Assembly: GCA_049999805.1 (NCBI GenBank)
Contig: JBNGIO010006231.1
Coordinates: 1-64,000, forward strand
Direction: 5' to 3'
Origin: Folioceros fuciformis
Taxonomy: Eukaryota
DNA: 64,000 nt
In this document: positions 51,261-64,000 of the stretch, in pieces
Numbering within the stretch: the first letter of the stretch is position 1
Layout of the letters: each line of letters begins with the position of its first letter
Translations under genes and position numbers: made by a program
Notes under the pieces: model-generated
The model's input: the letters and a program-made list of their open reading frames with translations, nothing else
Told to the model about the DNA's origin: nothing
Database searches by the model: none

Positions 51261-52775
51261 AACGTAGGAATGCGAACAACACACCCCCAGAAGCGGAACC
51301 CAATTCAGTCACACTGGCATTCCGACTCCTACCTCACATATCACTCCCCCGCGTACAGCCACATTTCTTTTTCCCCAAGACAGTGCCGCATCAAGGCCCC
51401 CCGCTCCAAGAGGCGAAGCAATCGCAAATCGAATTGAAAAAACGGGGGGCATTCCAAGCCGCGCAGCAGCTGACTGTATTCGGCAGCGGAGAGGTGACGC
51501 CCAATTGGTGGGTCCGCAACGCGCCGTCTTGCTCCCAAAGAAACCCAAGACACCCAAAACCAAGACAAGCCCAGCCCTCAAGGCCTGCTGCCTGCCGCCA
51601 TGCGTACTTCCGGGTCCACACCCGACAGTGTCAAGTTCACGAGGAGGATTACCACCTCGGGACACCTCGGTGCATCGACAATCGCGCCAGCCACACGATC
51701 AAGCCTGAAGCTAAACAGGGTGAGCAGTCGGCTCAAGAAACAACAAACAAAGCGCAGCAGCCACTGCAGGAACAGCAGCAGCAGCAGCCACAGTGGCAAG
51801 CTGAAAGCGAGGTCGCCTTGAAACCGATCTTGCCGACCCAACTTGCTCTGCGTCTGCCGTGGAAGGTTGGCCAGCGCCAGCCAGATGATTCAACGGAAGG
51901 ACAGCGGCTGTGGCAGGAACAGCATGCCATCCAGGCCCAGGGGCATTAAATGCCTGCCGAGCTGATTTCACGCCCCGGGTGGCGCGGGCCTATAAAGAAG
52001 CGGCAGTTACGGGCCAAGGGGTAAAAGGAGGCCTGGCCACGAGGTGACTAGAGTGTCGGGGAGTCGGGGTGAGTCGTGACGCTGGTCCAGACCCCCGACA
52101 CGTGTATCGTGACGCTCCTGTGGGTGGAAACGGAAACCGTTGAGGCAAGCGAATTAAGACGGCGGCCATGCTTGTCGTGGCAACCATAAACCCAGAGCCT
52201 TCCTTCCGTTTGCCACACAGCGCGCAGCGCACAGAATCGCGGGCTCCAAGCCACCAGCACACCGGCATCATCGTCACCTTGAGACTTCAAACCTCGCTAA
52301 TCGACTTCGCGTATCGCGTATGTACTGCGTTCGGCAAGTAGCATCTCACCAGCTTTCCGGCCTGCATAAAACTGAGTGCCGCCCGAAACGGCTGCGACTG
52401 CGGCAACCACTTCCTTCAATAATTGGCGAGGCGAGGCAGAAGAGACGGGGGATGTAACATGTTCGCAATCTTGGGATACAGGGAATGTACCCACTACATA
52501 CCCCAGATCCCACCTTCCTCACAGAGGAACACCAGACTATAGACGGACAGCTTTGGACCCACCAAAAAGATGTACGAGAGCGATAAGAGGATATACCAGA
52601 CAGGACAGGCCCACCTAATGATGCCCCACCCGCTCCAGCGTGACAACACGCATGTACCTCTATTTGACCCAAAGCTGGAGTGAAGTCACGGGCGAGGAGA
52701 CTGATTGAGGGAAGGATGATGGCAGCATTGCAGCTCTGATCTGATTCACATACACTAGGTGGGAGCCAGGTCAAC

Positions 52776-55672
<2,897 letters not shown>

Positions 55673-55887
55673 CTCTTATAATTCCAGCAATACGATGCTG
55701 GACACAGGGTCACTGGCTTGTGTCATGAGATCGCTCCAACTTCCATGCAAGCTGGAGTTTATAGGCGGATACATCGCGCGATAGGATTAGTAAAAACCTA
55801 AAGCAACAAGAGGACTCGTCCGACAACCTTCCTTACGCACCAAGCTTAAAAGAGGACGCGAGTTTCATGCACGGATCAAAACTCAAA

Positions 55888-58112
<2,225 letters not shown>

Positions 58113-58305
58113 TACACGGAGGGACCAAGGGAGCCAGAAACCAATAATCCGCAACGAAAAGAAGATGAGTCACGGCTGTAGTGTAGGTACTCAAGTGATC
58201 AGCACATTATGCAATTTTGGCGAGCTCATTTTGAGAGTATTTAAGAAAGAATGGGGGGCAAGAAATACCGTCTGTTAAGCGCTGTTTCTGTGCCTTATTG
58301 ATGTA

Positions 58306-59491
58306 TTAGACAAAATCTACTCTGTCTTTCTCGGCTAATTTCCTCACAGCAGAGTATCTCACAATGTGCAAGTCATCAGGCGTCATGTCTACCGTCTCGT
58401 CTCCCCTGCAGAAGATCACATGTCCAAAGTCATGGCACCCATGTCATGTCTTTCACGCAAGGCCAGCTAACAGCAACAAAAGCGGCACGCTGTGTCTTAC
58501 TTCTCATCCAGCTGGATGGACCCGATGTTGTCTTTACTCCGGCAGAACACATAGGTGTCCAGCTTTGGAGTGGGCACTGAAGTACAAGTTAAGCAGCAAG
58601 ACAAAGAGAATGCCAAAGCAAAACTAGTACGACGGCAATCACAAGCGTTGATGCGGATACTCATGTCGACTTCTGCGTTGGAGTCCACCTGCCTGAGCAT
58701 GCTCCTATATCCCTCTGGTAATCTGTTCAAAACCGAATAGTGCAAGTGCTTCTCGAGAACGTCACTGTACCTGCCACCGACGTGCACAGTGGTCACATGA
58801 ACATCACAGCATGATGCTTCCACCACAGGATCCCGTGAACGTGCCTGAACTTGGAAACTTCAAGCTCACCACAATGCAACATTGAACGCTTCGACCTGTG
58901 GTTCTGCGAGGTGATGCTCACCTTTCCGCATACCGCTTCTCTTCTGCCGACAGCCTATCGAAGGTCTCTGGACTACTTCCAACGTACAGCACATGTTTCT
59001 CAATCTGCAGGCGAAGAACAAGGCTAAGAAGGAAGTGAGCGGAGACGCAAATTTCTCACAAGGCTTGGCAGGGCAGGGCAAGGGCAAACAAGCGTACCTT
59101 TGAAAGCCGGGTACGCAGATATGATCTGAGCAGAAACTGGATCCTGTTCAGATCCATGCGGTACATGGACAGAACCAGCTCCTGAGTACCTTCTCCCTCC
59201 AATTCCATTATACTCCGCTCCTGCGCACCAACAAGGACTAACTCCCAGCCAACGCGGCTTCTTTTCCAGAACCAACGGGACAGAAATAGAACCGCGCAGG
59301 ATGCAAGGGCGTACCACGAGCTCAATTCGCTCCCGAATCCGCTGGACAAGCGGAGTTCGGACGGGCAAAATTTCAGGTGCCACCTTCTCGTTGCGCCACA
59401 CTGCATTGAGCAGTTCCGCATCACTGCGGCCATCCCCGAACTCTGTATCGTCCCAATCTCCTGCCGTGGATGCTCCTGGGCTCTGGTCCAT
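58306..59491 (-). CDS. SLD5: GINS complex subunit SLD5 (GINS4), multi-exon
   Basis: VWRNEKVAPEILP, MDLNRIQFLLRSYLRTRLSK|IEKH, PKLDTYVFC, DLHIVRY. Confidence 0.93.
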
Positions 59492-59651
59492 AGTGGGAGT
59501 CCGGCAGACGGCGCAGTCAGACTAGGATAGCTGCGACCGCGAATGCATTCAAATCTGTGACGGAAGGAATCGGGGTGTGAAATCGCAGCCTGATTAGGGT
59601 CCGAAGGAGATCGAAACAAACAACGTTGAAGCCAACGCAGTAGTGACGCGC

Positions 59652-62588
59652 ATGACGAGGAGAATGAAGAGAAGTGGTGGGTTGGGCTGGCGTCCGCTTC
59701 TGTCCTGCCTAGTTGTGGGCAGCGAGCACACTGGAAGCAGAGGTTTGGAGGAATGTTGCAGGTATTTGTCGTATTTCCAGGTCGCAGTGGAGCGACCTGG
59801 ATTCGCTGCAGACCCACTGCAGTTCTGGGACAAGAGGTTGAACAAGGTAATTCATGTCACAGATTGGTGCCTTAAGCATGGCTACGAGGTAGATGTTGTT
59901 GGGGCGTTTAATTGTTGCAATTTGCAGAAAATCCTGAACTCTTCGGACTCCCTGCACAGCGTGACGAGGAACGCGCTGCGGGTTCAGGTGCAGCCCTCCT
60001 GGGTCGAGGAACGTGGACAAGGATTACAGGCTGGGATTCCGGTTAGAGAACCTGGGAGGTCTGGTCTTGAACTTTGGATCATTCGGTAGGGTCTGGCAGG
60101 CTTGGAATGAGAGCATTCACACTCCTGCCCGTTTTGCAGGATAAGAACCCTGGATGGAGGGCCTCTTGATGTTGGACTCTGGACGAAAATATGTGAGGAG
60201 GGAAAGCTCTGTGAGGCAGTCCAGGTCTTGCACATCTTCGCGCAGGGTGGGTCGTATGTTGCAGGATCGCTCTTGTATCATGTCCTTAAGGGTTGCATTT
60301 CGAGGAAAGACTTGGTCGTTGGCAAACGTGTTCATGATCTTACTGTTGCAATCGGGTATGAGTCAAACGTGTTTCTGGCGAACCATCTGATCCGCATGTA
60401 TGCTTCTCATGGGAGACTCCAGGAAGCAATGCAGGTGTTCAGCAAGCTTGCTGCGCCAGATTCGTTTATGTGGGATTCCATCATCTGGGCGCATGCTGAT
60501 CGTCAGCAGCCTGCACAGGCTTTAAGTTTGTATCAACGGATGCTAGAGTCCGCGGTGAAGCCGAGTAACTATACATTTGTGGCGGTGCTGAAAGCTTGTG
60601 CTGGTGCAAAGGATTTGGCGTTTGGCAAGCGAGTTCATGCAGATGTTCTCAAGAGTGCTGAGGAGCCAGACAGACTTGTTTGCAACTCTTTGGTGGACAT
60701 GTACGCCAAGTGTGGAAGCTTGAAGAAAGCGCGGGAAGTGTTTGACACGTTGTCCACAAAAGATGTGGTGACATGGAATACCATGTTTGGAGGGTATGCT
60801 CAGCATGGTTTTGGTCACGAAGCTCTCATGCTTTACAGCGAAGGGATGTCTCGGAAGTCCTTCACTCCGGATAGTGTTACATTTGTGTGTCTCCTCAAAG
60901 CGTGCGCCATCATTGGAGCTCTATGTGAGGGCAAACAGCTCCATCGTGAACTTCAGAAAGCAGGCTTGGAGGCTGACGTGGTGGTTGGAAGCAGCCTTGT
61001 AGATATGTATGCGAAGTGTGGCAGCTTACCTGATGCTCGTGACGTTTTTGACGGAATGTCTTCAAAGAATGTGGTGACTTGGACTTCTATGATTTCAGGA
61101 TATGCTCAGAATGGTCTAGGTCACGAAGCTCTTACCCTTTACAAAGGTATGCAACAGGAAGGCGTCACCCCAGCAAACCAAGTTACTTTTGTTTGCCTAC
61201 TAAACGCTTGTGCCAGTATCGGAGCTCTAGCTGAGGGGAAGGAGCTTCATTTCCAGATTCAAGGAAGAGGTCTGGAGTCTGATGTGGTTGTCGGCAGCTG
61301 CCTGGTGGACATGTATGCAAAATGCGGTGACATAGAAGAAGCAAAACGAGTGTTTGATGGATTGCACTCCAAAAACGTGGTCACCTGGACTGCCATGATC
61401 ACTGCGTATTCTCATGGTGGGCTTGTTCAAGAGGCCCTCATGCTTTATGAAAGTATGCAAAAAGAGGGCATTACTCCCGCAGACTCATTTACATTTGTCT
61501 GCCTGCTGAAAGCATGTGCCAGTGTCGGAGCATTGCAACAAGGAAGGGAACTTCATTCTCAAATAGAAGAAAGGGGCCTCGAAGCTGACATGGTCATTGG
61601 CAACAGCCTGGTAGACATGTATGCAAAATGTGGGAATTTGGGCAGTGCCCGTCGAGTGCTTGACAGATTGCCCAGACCCGATGTCGTGACATGGACTGCT
61701 TTGTTGAATGGGTACGCCCAACAGAACGACAGCCAAATGGCAAGGCAGTGCTTTCAAGAGATGCTACAGCATGGGGTTGAACCAGACCATGCTACCTTCA
61801 CCTGCCTACTGGTGGCCTGCAGCCACGAGGGTCTCGTGAATGAGGGACAGCAGTATTTCAAGATGATGAAGGAAGATTATGGCATCACACCCAATTTATA
61901 TCACTACAACTGCATGGTTGATCTTCTTGGACGGTGTGGCCACCTAGCTGACGCAGAGCTTATGTTGCAAACCATGCCATTTGATGGCGACGAGGTCGGC
62001 TGGACATCCTTGCTTACGGCCTGCAAAACACATGGTGATGTAGACCGTGGAAGGCGATGCTTCGACCGTCTCATCCAGTTGCAACCCCAAAACTCAGCCG
62101 CGTACATACTTCTGACGGATTTGTACTCCAGTGCTGGAAGGTGGAGGGATGTAAGCAAAATAGAACACTTGCGAAGATCGGCAGGTGCTAGCAAGATGCC
62201 TGCAAAGGCTTGGATTGAGGTGGACAGCAAGGTGCATTCCTTCAGCGTGGGCGAAGAAAGGGCTGACATCTCCTCGAAACTGAGGAGTGTGAATCTCCTG
62301 CTGAACCAGGAAGCAGAACTCAGCAAGCCATCCATGAAGCTAGCATCTGAGAAAGAACTGGAGGATTCATTGTGCGGACATGCTGAGAAACTTGCTCTGG
62401 CATATGGTCTCCTGAACACTCCAGACGGCACAACTTTACGTGTCACTAAGAACCTTCGGATGTGTGATGACTGTCACACTGGCACCAAAGTGATATCCAG
62501 AATTGAGCAGCGAGAGATCATAGTCAGAGATGCACACCGGCTTCACCACTTTGTGGATGGATTTTGTTCTTGTGGAGATCGCCATTAG
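59652..62588 (+). CDS. PLS-class PPR protein with E domains and DYW:KP-type deaminase domain ending DRH
   Basis: Repeated SLVDMYAKCG/VVTW/TFVCLLKAC motifs; KMPAKAWIEV, HAEKLA, KNLRMCDDCH, HHF.DG.CSCGDRH. Upstream exons splice in frame (acceptor at 60139). Confidence 0.95.
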
Positions 62589-62675
62589 TTTGTCTCTTTT
62601 AAGAGACGTGTGAATAACGTGATTTTGGTGAAAGCCTTCGTCCGGATTCCTTCCAACTTCCCCCTTTTCACGGCT

Positions 62676-63344
62676 ATGGCTGCCTTACAGTGCCTCCATC
62701 TTCAGGTTGCGGCGCCTGCAACGCACCCGCGGCGATATGGCCCTGCGTTGGAGCGACCAGCGGTGGCGGCGACTACCTCGGGAAAGCTTTCATGGACGTC
62801 GGCAATGCAGGCATGCCCTCTGGTGAAATCGCTGGAGTATCGGCAAGCTCGGGCCATCCAGGTTTGTAGCTGCTCCCTTATTCCCGAGGGTTTGGCCTCG
62901 AGAGCGAGCCTCTTTGTTTGACGTCCGGAGAACCGTGTGCAGGCCCCGTTCACGGTCCATGCCGCCTGGACCAGGCGCTCCAAGGGAGACCAGAGCGCTC
63001 CGAGTAAGAAGAGGTCGTGGGGTCAGCGTGCAGACAAGTACATGAAGCCCTTCATGCTGGACGTGTACATCTCGAAGAAGTACGTGAACGCCAAGGTCAC
63101 TCACAGAGTAACGGGCAGGGTGGTGTCCGTGGCTACAAGCAACGCAAGGGACATGAGAGAATCTCTGCGCTCCCTTTCGGATGACCACGCCTGTAAGGTC
63201 ATCTCCAGACTCCTCGCTGAGCGGACAAAAGAAGCAGACGTTTACAGTGTCAAATTCGAGCTTCGGAAGAACGAGAAATTTGAAGGCAAGCTGGCACTGG
63301 TAGTGAACACTGTGGCAGAGGAGGGGATAACGGTCATGGTGTAA
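62676..63344 (+). CDS. Organellar uL18-like (L18p/L5e family) protein, 2 exons
   Basis: Transit-peptide-like exon 1, then AWTRRS..SWGQRADKYMKPF.LDVYISKKYVNAKVTHR..VSVATSN..LAERTKEADV..KFEGKL. Confidence 0.88.
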
Positions 63345-64000
63345 ACACACCTGGGAGAGCAGCACTGGCTGAATGCAATCCTGCACGGTCTAAGGTTTGG
63401 GCATTCATGCAACGCCTTCCAGGTGCACCAACCTTCCTTCTACTGTCTCTGTCTGTCTCACGCTGACTTCCGCTGAAGCAAGGACTCACAGGTTTGCATA
63501 AACCACGCAGGTGAAGGTGCAGCAAGCTCACAAGGCAGTCGGTTGTGCTGTTTGCTCGGCAGCAGTTGGTGCTTGTGATTGTCGTGAGGGCTGGGAACAG
63601 ATGCTTGAATGTGTACGCCTATTTGCATGATTTGGTGTGTAAGTTGTAAATCCTTAGGAAATAACGATCCCACAACCACCCAAAACGTTGCACAGGTGAC
63701 GTGTTTCGAATATCCTTGTGTAACTTCTCTTACGAAATTTCGAGTCCACAAGTCCTGTTGACAATCGACCATCTCAGTTTTCAGCGATGCTCATTCTCTT
63801 GAGGCTGTCCTTCGCAATATTATCCTCTCTTGAGGTTCCCTAGCCTGGTTTCCTTGTCATTTTCGCTATGAAAGAGATCTTGAACTGGGTCGCTGAAAGT
63901 CGCCCTGCATCTACACATCACCCATCTCCAGAGAGTTCTCGAGAGCTGCTCGGTGAAATCCCGGGTGGTATGTTCAGGTTGCTTAGGTGAGAATCTACGA

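Noticed and set aside
51733-51930. Cys-rich 65-aa ORF resembling a metallothionein or uORF upstream of XRI1
   Set aside because: The Cys run derives from a (CAG/CTG)n microsatellite; no metallothionein spacing.
58577-58660. SLD5 intron with GTATCC donor and GCTTAAC branch-like sequence (possible U12 type)
   Set aside because: The donor reads GTATCCGC, lacking the diagnostic TT, and the branch site is imperfect; not callable without scoring.
63780-64000. Possible 3' end of a minus-strand gene entering from the window edge
   Set aside because: Open frames are short and unidentifiable without the adjacent sequence.

Overview
Gene-dense nuclear DNA from a non-seed land plant. A hornwort is the best inference, from the ~80-110 nt introns, a PPR protein with a DYW:KP-type domain ending in DRH, and fungal-type hemerythrins. 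The first ~6.6 kb is a cluster of decayed Ty1/copia fragments. About 20 genes follow: two MED25/PFT1 copies, Haspin, root-type FNR, ARPC1, THIM, ABCI12, RBM42, a dirigent, two HHE hemerythrins, VPS38, DUF3511, XRI1-like, CNOT11, IPMDH, SLD5, PPR-DYW:KP, a uL18-like gene and two uncharacterised ORFs. They are interspersed with two CRE-like non-LTR fragments and several tandem repeats. The most striking structure is an intronless MED25 gene nested antisense inside the 2.4 kb last intron of Haspin. That nested unit was duplicated ~6 kb upstream, where the Haspin exons decayed but a diverged MED25 ORF stayed open with a newly created ATG. All family assignments rest on motif recognition by eye; no database searches were run.
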